This document shows, in pieces, positions 12,817 through 24,979 of a stretch of DNA of 64,000 nucleotides (its first letter is position 1; the number at the start of each line of letters is the position of its first letter). Source of the DNA: Octopus vulgaris (lineage: Eukaryota); the NCBI GenBank assembly GCA_951406725.2, contig OX597822.1, forward strand, positions 69,874,001 through 69,938,000, given 5' to 3'. The notes below the pieces were generated by a model. That model worked only from the letters and a program-made list of their open reading frames with translations, was not told the DNA's origin and did not search any database. The translations under genes were made by a program, and so were the position numbers.

Positions 12817-15722
12817 GTATGAATTTTCACCTTTTCTTTTATCAGGTATTTTCCATTATCCTTGTCCAACTATTTTTCCTTGTTGAGATTGTTTGGAAAT
12901 ACCTGTAATACAAATTCTGAACTATCCTAACACTAAATTGATTCATCTGTAAGCCTAATAGATTCAGATTTCATTTCTTTTATTCTTCCGAAATCATTTT
13001 TAAGTTACCCTTACTGCCCATATCCCTTCATCATCGTCAGTCTGTTTGAATGAAACATCGATCATCAAGCAAATAAATTACACCTTGATATGTAATTTCT
13101 GTCTGTCCATCCATTTTCTCCACATGCTATTCCTGGAAGGGTCGCGGGAGTAGAGTCCTCAGGCACCTCCTCCGTAGTGTGGGTGGGGGTCTTGTCACAA
13201 GCAACAATCATTAGAGTTTCTGGTTGGATTCCAAAACCACAACCAACCAAAACCATGGATATAATCCAACCATCTCACTCTTGATCTACACTTAGGTCTC
13301 CTGTAGTGATGATATAAATCTAATTACAAAACAAAGTATTTTTAATCTTTTACTTGTGTTAGTCATTGGACTGTGGCCATGCTGGGGCACATCCTTGAAG
13401 GGTTTAGTTAAACAAATCATCCCCAGTACTTATCTTTAAGTACTGGGTACTTATTCTATTCTTTAGAATAAGCTTTTCTGTTCTTTAAGTATTTATCTTT
13501 AAGTACTGGGTACTTACTCTATCAATCTCTTTTTGCTGAACTGTTAAGTTCCAGGAATGTAAACAAACCAACACCAATTGTCAAGTAGTGGGTCTTTCAG
13601 TTCCAGACCTTTTAAGGTCTAGCCACTGACCACGCAAGACATAACCAGTTCCAGTGACAATGCCAGACGGCAGCACCCGTCCAACAGTATTACAGCAACC
13701 TCCATTTTCATCACTGCCATCATCTTCTTAACATCATCACCATCATCTCTCTACATACACAGCTCAACCAGCAACTCACCCAAGTTCCAGTACTTCATTG
13801 TTCGTGAATTACTTCACCATAGATCAACAGCTAATATACTACCTAGTGACCCTCACACCACGACCTCACAAACGACATGTACCTACAACTGGCTCAGCAT
13901 CATGGCCACAACTTCTTGATACAGTATTTCAACTACCATGTACAATTGACTACAAACTGGTATTCTCGTTCTTGTGTCTTTGAACTTCTCACTTTGATGC
14001 TTATACTCTTTCACTGTCTGCTTCTTCATTGCCATTCTTCTATGTTCTTAACACACACGCATACATCTAGGCTTACACACATACATTTTGTTCTCGTGAC
14101 GGTTTGTCTGTTATTCTGTATACATGATGCACACACAGTCACAGATGTTTACATATCAATAGATCTTCTCTTAAACATTCTAAGAAAAAAAAAATTGTCA
14201 AGTAGTGGAAGGGAACAACACACACATATATAGGTGCAGGCATGACTGTGTAGTAAGAAACTTGTTTCCCAACTACACTGTAAAGTGGTTGGCATTTGGA
14301 AGGACATCCACCTGTAAAAACCATTCCAAAACTAACCTCGATTGTGCAAGTGTCATGTAAAAAACAATTGGCCCACTCTACAGATTGGTTGGTGTTACAA
14401 AGGGCATCCAGTTGTAAAAGCCCTGCCAAAACAGACCCAGAAGCTTGACACAGGCTCCTGCCTGGCTAGCTCCTGTCAAACTGTCCAACCCATGCCATCA
14501 TGGAAGGAGGGTGTTAAACAATGATGATGGTCCTGGATTCAATCCCACTGTGTGGCACCTTGGGCAAGTGTCTTCTACTATAGCCTCAGGCTGACCAAAG
14601 CCTTGTGAGTGGATTTGGTAGTTGGAAACTAGAAGCAGCCCATCATACATATGTGTATATTTGTGTGTGAGTGTTAGTATGTTTGTGCCTCCTTGTCTTC
14701 ATATGGCTGTAAATGAGTGTCACTGTCACACAGGCAGTGTCATTCATTTCCAATATTCTGGGAGAAGATGTCTGGCCTGGGGGGAAATATTACTTTGCTT
14801 GTGAAGGTTGGTGACAGGAAGGGTATCCAGCAATAGAAAACCATTTCAGTCATGGAAAAATGGATGTTAAAATGATGATGATACACAATGGGCTTCCTTA
14901 TAGTTTCAGTCTACCAAATTCATTCACAAAGGTATTGTTTCAGCCCAGTGCTATAACAGAAGACAACTCATCCAAGGTACCATCCAATGGGACTGAACTT
15001 GGAAGAAACATTTTGATTTCACCCTAATGCCTGTGACATCAGAGATGCAAAAATCACAGCTGTTGAAAATTTGGTTGCAAACTTTAGCATGATACCAAGT
15101 TTTCCATTTCATATCAAAATGGATGTGTTGATCTTTCAAATCCCAAATATATTGTGATAAAATAATGTCTAGATGCCCCGTGGGAATTCTGAAAGTGAGT
15201 ATGCTGGTTTTAATTTGAACAGATTCATTTGTGTCGCATAAAAATGGCTGTTATTAAGAATCGAAAAAGACTGAAAGTTTGTTGATGTTCATTAATGGTT
15301 ATCTTGTATCCCTTTACTAATTAGCTGGGTCAAAAGGTAAAGTGTTCTTATGGTACAAGTACAATATTGATTTTCTGAAACCATCAGTTCCAAAGCCTTT
15401 CCAGATTACTATTTTTTCAAACCCAGGGAATGGTCACCTTGGTCAACACTATTAAATGTACTTGAATAATGAATTACATAAACTTTTCTCAACAACACTA
15501 AGAGTAAAAGATGTTTTTTATATGACACCTTCTACCAGTGTCCGAAGTTTGAAAGTGTTTAGTTACAAAAAATTAATTTCTCGATCTGCTGTTCAAAGAG
15601 AAAAGATCCGTTTTCCCCACCATTTAAAGTTCAGTCAGATTTATAACTTCTCATTAAAAGTATCATATATTTTTGAAAGAATTTGTTTAGCTCTAACATG
15701 CTTGGCTTGTATTAAATTCCAG

Positions 15723-15895
15723 AAGTTGACCATCATAAATTAGGCTCTGCAGATGCCCTTCAAGAAAACATTGCTCATCCAATTATAGTGTGGTGGACTA
15801 AATTCACTGGTGAACAGTTCAATGTTTTGAAGTGCAAGAATGTCACTTGTGTGTTCACCGAAGACAGACATTATAAATATCACCCAAACACAAAG
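15723..15895 (+). CDS. FUT10: FUT10/11 coding exon 3
   Basis: ...HPIIVWWTKFTGEQFNVLKCKNVTCVFTEDRHYKYHPNTK matches the FUT10/11 P-x3-WW...C...C-xFT motif; donor AAG|GTAAG; start could also be 15744 or 15753 (same frame). Confidence 0.85.
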
Positions 15896-17055
15896 GTAAG
15901 TGGACCGAATCATTTTCTTCTTTTCACTCCTGATCTCCTTTCAAATTAACTAACTTTATATACATGACACAACTGTCATGTCACTCTGTCTTTATAATCC
16001 AAAGACTTGTCTTTTACTAATCTGCAAGTGCTTTAAAGTTCTGAAAAATGTAGTTTTCTTTGTTTGTGTGTCATTTGTGCATCAGGCTTGTGGTTTTATT
16101 CACCATGAATTACATAAAAAGAATAATAGATATTTTGCCTGAGTTTGTATGTGCTGGGCACTGCCCCGACACCCATACTGACCCCTGTCAAGCATTCCCC
16201 ATATCTCATCACCCTACTCACCCCTCACCCAACAACCATCCCTCCTTGACACATTACCTCCTCTAACCCTTTGTACTACAAGTTATTGCCTTCGTTCATT
16301 CCTTCCTTCCTTCCCTCATGCCTCCAGCTAACCCCCCTTTCTCTTAACACATTGCATATTGGCTATCATTCCCACTCTCATGTCTCACCATAGCTACTCC
16401 TTATATACCTCCACATCTCTCTCCCCACTACTCCTATGCTTTACTCATCATTTTCTTCTCCCTAAACTATAATCCTTGAGCCACCCTCATCTCTCTTTCT
16501 TCCCATACTGATATTTCCCATCGTCGCACAACCATTCCAGTTCATCACTCACTAAATTTACCTCTACCCCACCTCATACAACTTCTACCCATCCGGTACA
16601 CACCTTCCTCCTGATCTTCTGCCTATATCATCTGTTGCTTTTTGAGGGTCTTGCTCTGGCACCCCATCTCTGCTATCTTACCCTTTTTCCAGATACTCCT
16701 ACCCACCCATATATAAATGCAGCGCAGCCATATATCTTCTTAATAGCAAGACACATTTCTACCTCTGCTTCTCCCTAGTATAAAATCTCTCTACTTTCTC
16801 AAATAATCCCACCACAACCACTCAGTTGAGAAGGCAGCTCTTCTTTTTACCTGTTGTTCTTTCTTGTCTTGAAAGTTACTCAAAAGCTCCACTAGTGCCA
16901 GTGGCATGAAAAAAAAAACTTACCTAGTGCTTCCTCTTTTGCCTCTTCTCGAGACTGTCCTCTATCTGATGAAGTGCCATGCTCAAAATATCATTTCTAC
17001 TCCAATTTTTCCATCTAAAACTTTCACTAAGCATTAATCTAATATATTTATTTTA

Positions 17056-17287
17056 AGGCAGGGAGCTGGCTGAATCGTTAGCACCCTAGGCAAAATACTT
17101 AGCAGTATTTCATCTGCCACTACGTTCTGAGTTCAAATTCCACCAAGGTCGACTTTGCCTTTCATCCTTTCGGGGTTAATTAAATAAGTACCAGTTACGC
17201 ATTGGGGTCGATGAAATTGACTTAATCCCTTTATCTGTCCTTTTTTGTCCCCTCTATGTTTAGCCCCTTGTAGGCAATAAAGAAATA
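17056..17287 (+). mobile_element. tRNA-derived SINE family B (Deu/Nin-like core 'gactttgcctttcatcctttcgggg...ataagtacca')
   Basis: Recurs at ~27045, 31650-32070, 39690, 44127, 47692-48365, 53832 and 56648; B-box-like gagttcaaattcc. Confidence 0.75.
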
Positions 17288-17386
17288 ATTAATCTAATAT
17301 ATTTACTGTATACATCTAATTGACTTTAGTTGTTTTTTCCTGTTCTTGGATTTGCACATGCAGACATACTATGCTATTTACAGGTA

Positions 17387-18428
<1,042 letters not shown>

Positions 18429-18460
18429 TAGTGTGTATACTAAATATATATATATATATA

Positions 18461-18732
18461 CTACAATAAGAAAACGGAGGGGATCAAGAAGTGGTATTCG
18501 TCAACTTTTAGACATTATATTATGTCTATTTATTTTTTAAAAAATACCATTATAACAATATACATACATGTATAGCATATTATGCTTTACATATATTGTA
18601 TATATAAAGCATAATATGCTATACATGTATGTATATTATTATAATCATTTTATTTTTAAATAAATAGACATAATATAATGTTTAAAAGTTGATGAATACC
18701 ACCTCGTGATCCCCTCCATTTTCTTATTGCTG
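18461..18732. mobile_element. TA-flanked palindromic (fold-back) MITE
   Basis: Left arm caataagaaaacggaggggatca...catgtatagcatattatgcttta pairs with right arm taaagcataatatgctatacatg...tgatcccctccattttcttattg; ~130-bp arms, loop ~10 nt. Confidence 0.85.
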
Positions 18733-19378
18733 TATAAATTAAAGGTAAAAAACTTTTTTTACCCTCACCCATTTATTACATTCAGTACTGTAATTGCCAT
18801 GCAAATAAAAAAAAACAATTGTGCATTAATAATTGGGTATTCTACCAGCAGTATATTGGATAGATATTATCCCTTAGTTGGTTGGATTAACAACCTCTAA
18901 CTCTTTTGGAATTATATATATATTATATTTATATATATTTACAGGTTCTATATATATATATATATATATATCATCATCATCATCATCATCGTTTAACGTC
19001 CGTTTTCCATGCTAGCATGGGTTAGACGGTTCGACCGGTTCTGGGAAACCAGGAGGCTGCACCAGGCTCCAGTCTGATCTGGCAGTGTTTCTACAGCTGG
19101 ATGCCCTTCCTAACACCAACCACTCCGTGAGTGTAGTGGGTGGTTTTTATGTGCCAGGGGGTGCTGGCAACGGCCATGATCAGTTGGTACTTTTTACGTG
19201 CCAATAAATAAAGTGTGGCTGTGTGGTTAAGAAGTTTGCTTCCTAAGCACATGGTTTTGAGTTTGGTCCCACTGCATGGTTCTATGAGCTTGTACCTTTT
19301 GCAATAGCCCCAAAATTATCTTGTATTTAAACAAAGGATATCACTGATGCTTTTCTTTTTTTTTCTCAAATTTTGTAG

Positions 19379-19782
19379 GTTTTTATGTTTTATGGCACAG
19401 ATTTCACTCCCAATGATTTACCTTTGCCAAGAAAACCTCATCATGAATGGGCACTTTTACACGAAGAGTCACCAAAGAACAATTACCTCTTTTCTCACAA
19501 ACCCATCATGACTTTGTTTAATCATACATGTACGTTTCGACGAGAATCAGACTACCCCATTTCCACACAGCATTTACCTACACTTGAATGGCTTCAAGAT
19601 ACAACTTATCTCCTACCAACATCGGAAAAGACAAGGTACCAAAGTGAACTTGCTCCCATTTTATATGTTCACAGTGACTGTGACACTCCCTCCGACAGGG
19701 ACACCTATGTGAAATATTTACAGAAATATATGAAAATTGATTCGTATGGCAGCTGCCTCCATAACAAAGATTTACCAAAGCA
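19379..19782 (+). CDS. FUT10: FUT10/11 coding exon 4
   Basis: VFMFYGTDF...LPLPRKPHHEWALLHEESPKNNY...SDCDTPSDRDTYV...IDSYGSCLHNKDLP are hallmark FUT10/11 motifs; tgtag| acceptor, CA|GTAAGT donor, phase 2. Confidence 0.97.
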
Positions 19783-21153
19783 GTAAGTAGCCTTTTATGT
19801 ATATACCATCGTTTATCAATTTTTTTTTCTTTAACACTTAGGAGACAGCAAGGCTGGTCTCTTGGCTGAAAAAAATCAAACAACAAAGAAGACAATTGGG
19901 GCCAGTCTGTTGGCCGAATGGTACAAGCCTCAGGATTAGCTGGCTGGTTTTCATACCAGCCAATTAGATTGGGCCTTTCAAAGGTGGCTTCCAAGGGGCT
20001 TCATTGAAAGAAAAATGACAATGCTATTCAAAAGAAGACTTGTTTTTTCTAGCTCAGAGCTGAGAAAACTAATACGGAGAGTACAGGAGGTGGTCGAAAA
20101 AGCCAGCTTCTATATATGGTTGAAGTGGGAAGACCAAAAATGGCTTGAAAGTCATAACATGCCGGCAGGAAATTAACATCACTAGGTGAGAGAAGCTGAC
20201 ACTGATTTAGCTTCGCTGATTGACAGGTGACTGTCTCGTTTAGAGAATGCGAGGGCTAAGACTACGCGCCTTCATTGGTCAGTTAAAGTTGAGATAGTGT
20301 CACGTGACAACTTGCTAGGGCTGCCTGCTGGAGCCTAGCAGCAGATATTTAAAGGGAAAAAAATTTGACAAGGCAGTCAGTTGCCCGCTGAAACTCGTTG
20401 ACGCTACATCGAAGAGGCCAGGGAACAGAAGAAAGAAGACATGCACCAAACACCAGAGCTGAAGACACCTCCGAAAGGGGGGGGCCCTGCCACATCAAAA
20501 CGGTAGAGGAGTAGGGGCCGAAACCTGACGTGGTTCCTCTTGATGATGTCTTCAGCTAACTGGATCCTATAAAGGAGCTGTTGTGGTAGAAGACCACGAA
20601 ACATGGTTGAAATTCCTATGTACTGTGGTTTTACATCGATTGTTTTTTTTTTGTGTTCCAGGTGAGCATCATGAACTTTAACCATGTCCGACAGTGACAC
20701 TGATGAAAATATCCTTAACGAGTCCCATTTCTCCCAGCCTAGTTGTCAGTTTGACACTAAAGCTGGTGAAAACAACCAGGAAAGTAAGGGAGAAGATCAA
20801 AATGACGATGGTGATGATAATGTTGTGAATCCTTGGTTTAGGATACTGAACTCAATAGCTCGTTTGAATAGATGTTGAGATTTCAGTTGGATTCATTAAG
20901 GTTGTTTTAGTTCATTTAATTTCCTACAAGAATATATTTAGCTTTTACTCTTTTATTCGTTTCAGTCATTTGACAACGGCCATGCTGGGGCACTGTTTTT
21001 AGTCGAACAAATCGACTCCAGGACTTATTGTTTGTAAGCCTAGTACTTATTCTGTCAGTCTCTTTTGCCGAACTGTAAGTTACGGGGACATAAACACACT
21101 AGCATCGGTTGTCAAGCGACATTGGGGGTACAAACAAAGACACACAATCATAT

Positions 21154-21184
<31 letters not shown>

Positions 21185-21204
21185 CATACATATATATATA
21201 TACG

Positions 21205-21310
21205 ACTCCATTGAGAATTGATGTCTCTTCAGAGTGAGCACCATTGGCTACAACTGTCTGACTCCTGCCATTCAGAAAATCATGCAGCCACTCCCCCAGT
21301 TTCCCAGTAA
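21205..21310 (-). mobile_element. LINE (CR1/L2-like) reverse transcriptase fragment
   Basis: ITGKLGEWLHDFLNGRSQTVVANGAHSEETSILNGV, the segment that precedes GVPQGS in non-LTR RTs. Confidence 0.75.
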
Positions 21311-21900
21311 TATATATATATATCATTATCATCATTTAATGTCCATGTGCCTTGCTGGCATGGGTTAGCTGGTTTGACAAGATCTGATGGCCCCAAGGAC
21401 TACATTGTGCTCTAATGTCTGCTTTAAGCATAGCTTCTACAGCTGAGTATTTGTGTGTGTGTGTGTGTGTGTGTGCGTGTCTGTGTTTGTTTGCTTCACC
21501 ACTTGGCAACCAGTGTTGGTTTGTTTACATCCCTGTAATTAAATAGTTTGGAAAAAGAGACTGAGAGAATAAATATGAGACTTTAAAAAAAATAAATAGA
21601 TAAATACTGGGGTCAGTTTGTTTGATTAAATCCTTCAAGGCAGTGCCCCAACATGGCCACAGTCCCACGACTGAAACAAGTAAAAGAAGACACCTTTTTT
21701 TTTTCTCTACTCATATATATTTAAAAATAATGTGAAAAAAATTTCTGTAATTTTGTCTTCAAAAATAATTTAGTTTCACTCCATATTCCATTTCTTGATA
21801 TCAAGAGTATGGAATTATATTGAGAAGTTTTGTTTGTGTTTTTAATAATTACTATTCTGTCTGTTTTTTTTCTTAATTATTTCTTTGTTTACAATTTCAG

Positions 21901-22075
21901 TTTAGTTGACCCAATCAATGGAATGTCTCATAAGGACTTTTACAAGCTTATTGCTAAATACAAGTTTGCTTTTTCAATGGAAAATGGAATCTGTGATGAC
22001 TATATGACTGAGAAACTGTGGCGCCCTCTTATGGTTGGAACGGTACCAGTAATTCTTGGCTCCAGCAAAGTTAGA
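21901..22075 (+). CDS. FUT10: FUT10/11 coding exon 5 (alpha-1,3-FucT signature)
   Basis: YKFAFSMENGICDDYMTEKLWRPL is the GT10 GDP-fucose-binding motif; ttcag| acceptor, phase 2 to 0, AGA|GTAAGT. Confidence 0.97.
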
Positions 22076-22428
22076 GTAAGTCTCTCACTATTCAAAAATA
22101 GATTTGTTTACATTATGTAAAACAGATGTAAAATGAGGAAGTCCCTTTGCTACCTTGTGCTACACTAAACATGTTAGGCACAGTCATCTCGTTTCTTAAT
22201 CAGCTAAACTCAGCCTAATATGGTTAGCTGTTTTAGCCAATGATGCAGCTAAAATATCATCATCATCGTTTAACGTCCGTTTTCCATGCTAGCATGGGTT
22301 GGACGGTTTGACTGGGGTCTGGGAAGCCAGGAGGCTACACCAGGCTCCAGTCTGATCTGGCTATGTTTCTACAGCTGGATGCTCTTCCTAATGCCAACCA
22401 CTCCATGAGTGTAGTAAAAAATTGCTCT

Positions 22429-22472
22429 TGGCAGTGGCGGGATTCGAACCCACACCTCCAAAGAGACTGGTG
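22429..22472 (-). pseudogene. tRNA-Leu 3'-half fragment
   Basis: Minus strand CACCAGTCTCTTTGGAGGTGTGGGTTCGAATCCCGCCACTGCCA: long variable arm, T arm and acceptor strand typical of eukaryotic tRNA-Leu; 5' half missing. Confidence 0.8.
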
Positions 22473-23626
22473 TACAATATATTTCCCTATATAAATCTCA
22501 AGCTTTTGCGACATGTTCCTCTAAATATTTTTATTTTGACCATTGAAAATTACCATCAACATGCCCTTTCGATGTTGGGCGCTATGCTGTGCTTGTGGAG
22601 ACTTATCAAGCCAAGTGGAATCGTAGTCATGGCTCATGCCAGTGCCTTCTGACTAGCACCTGTGCTGGTGGCACGTAAAAAGCACCATTTGAGTATTTGG
22701 CCACATGGAGGCAGTGACGAGTGACCAAGACCTTTGACAATATACCATGCTATGTAAACCTGTCAATCCAAATGAGACCGTAGTAGTGGCCAATGTCAGT
22801 GCCAGGTCAATGGTACTCATACCAGTGGCATGTAAAACACCCACTACACTCTCAGAGTGGTTGGCATCCAGGAAGGGCATCCAGTTGTAGAAACCTTGTC
22901 AAATCAGATCTGAACTTGGTGCAGCTCCCCAGCTACCAGTTTTCAGTCAAACCGTCCAACCCATGCCAGCATGGAAAACGGTCATTAAATGATGATGATG
23001 ATGATGATTGATGACATCCATAATCATCATCATTGGTTTATTAAAGCACAGAATGTTAAGTTGGTCAAGATCAGTGGTTGTAAATCTTTTCTCACTCAGC
23101 ACCCCCTTTCTCTCAATTGTCTTTTATAAAGCCAGCCCCCCTCCATATTTTGTAAATCAAAAACCACAGCAGATTATTTTATGTTCATAGAAGATGCGTG
23201 TTCAAATCCCATGGGCAACCATAACCTGTTTTTTTATCCAAGGATTTTTTTAAAACCCAATATTCTACAGGCTATCATTTATAAGTTCCATGGATGATGG
23301 TGAAGATCTGCAGAACAGTTTATTTCAAGTTAATGCTGTTCTCCTTTATCTATAAACTGATCCAATCACTTAGTCTCAAATCATCCTCAATTTCAATTAT
23401 CAATTAATTAATTGATAATCAAAAGGATCTTCTTCAGATGTGTTTCTGCTATTCTTTGAGTAATTGAAATGCAACACAATTCCTCATTTCTGTAATAAAA
23501 TAATTATAAAAGGACAAATTTGAAGCAAAGAGTCAACATTTCTGTGCCAAGAACAGTTAGATTAGATGCTTATAACTTTAAAATTGATACTTGAGTGGTA
23601 AAAGTTGAAACATATCAGATGTAAAC

Positions 23627-24203
23627 AAACTTTAAGTTAGTTCAGATATGTTTTTTAATATGTTTTAACTTCTAAGGGAAATTTCACTGCAGTTTACTGT
23701 GGAGAAAAAAAGATTCTTGCTTATGGTAAAAGGTGTAAAAAACACCTTATTTTCTCAGTATCATCCTCTACTGGAGTCCTAGATGCATTTCTGGCTCCTT
23801 AAGCTTCCTCAGTAGGAAGATAGATATGATGTTTTTACACCTTTTATCATCTGTGAGAGTCTTTTCCTTCAGTAGACTGCAGTGAAATTACCTTTAGAAG
23901 TTAAAATATGTCACAAACCACTATGCCATATGCCCATGGGCATAGTGGTTAAGAGTGCTGGCTACTAACCCCAAGATTCTGAGTTCAATTCCAGGCAGTG
24001 ACCTGAATAATAATAATGATGATGATGATGATAACATTGAAAAATACCTTAGGAATGAAAACCCAGGTTCCAAATTTCCCTAGGATACTTGATGAAGGCT
24101 GGAAGGTATATCAGCCGAAATGTATAAACAACAAACAAGATGAGGACAAATATCTGTCAAATGTAAATAATGTCACAAACATATTTGAACTAATTTAAAG
24201 TTT
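23627..24203. repeat. Old imperfect inverted repeat (MITE-like), right arm interrupted by the element at 23919-24169
   Basis: aaactttaagttagttcagatatg...ttaacttctaagggaaatttcactgcagtttactg pairs with cagtagactgcagtgaaattacctttagaagttaa...[insert]...catatttgaactaatttaaagttt. Confidence 0.8.
23919..24169 (+). mobile_element. Short non-coding retroelement: tRNA-derived head plus hammerhead-like Penelope-type tail (copy A)
   Basis: 11-bp TSD ATGTCACAAAC (23908-23918 and 24170-24180); A box ~23938-23948, B box gttcaattc 23983-23991; tTGATGA-a-GGCTGG...TCAGCC-GAAA at 24089-24120. Confidence 0.8.
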
Positions 24204-24481
24204 TTTTTGTGTTTTTTTTTATTTCTCATCACTGCTTAATGCTACTACTATGTCAGGTAGAAAGTTATCCAGAGTTGATGTAGCAACTGGTTGAAGCAGA
24301 GATTTGGGTTTAAATTGTACTCAGATCTACCTTGAATCAGCAGCCTGTTCAAAGTAAAGAAAGCTATTTCTTATCTGCTTCATTAAATGTAATCTGGGAT
24401 AAGCTTCTGTTTTAACCAATCAAAAAAAATGAAGAAATGAAAAAAAAATATGTAAATATTTTTGTAACACTTTCTTTACAG

Positions 24482-24979
24482 GATTTCCTCCCTCATGAAA
24501 AGTCAGCTATTATCATTGACGACTTTGACACAGCAGAAAGTCTGGCTAAATATTTACTCTACCTTAACAGAAATGATGAAGAATATGAGAAATATTTACA
24601 ATGGAAGAAGACTGGTATCACCAACAAATATCTAAAGGATTTGATGGCTCACCGAGAATGGGATACATCAGATGAAGAGGTCATGCATGACAGTGGTATT
24701 AGCTACATCGAAGGCTTTCAGTGTTTTGTTTGCCAACGGGTACATGAGAATATGAGACTGGAAAAAGAAGGGAAAATGCCTAAAGTTTACCAGGCTACAT
24801 TAGAACACTATGGCTGTCCAGCACCAATTCAATTCAATGCTCAAAGTCAAAGAGTTGATTCTGATAAATGGAAATACGAATGGCAACATCATAAGATGAT
24901 TGCTGAAAAATTGAGACACTCTATAGATAATGGTAACAATTTTACCTGGAAAGATGCTCATATTTTCTTACAGAATTAA
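24482..24979 (+). CDS. FUT10: FUT10/11 coding exon 6 (terminal)
   Basis: ttacag| acceptor, phase 0; DFLPHEKSAIIIDDF...LAKYLLYLNRNDEEYEKYLQWK...FQCFVC...HYGCPAP; TAA at 24977-24979; spliced CDS 1395 nt = 464 aa. Confidence 0.96.
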   Translation, partial: DFLPHEKSAIIIDDFDTAESLAKYLLYLNRNDEEYEKYLQWKKTGITNKYLKDLMAHREWDTSDEEVMHDSGISYIEGFQCFVCQRVHENMRLEKEGKMPKVYQATLEHYGCPAPIQFNAQSQRVDSDKWKYEWQHHKMIAEKLRHSIDNGNNFTWKDAHIFLQN

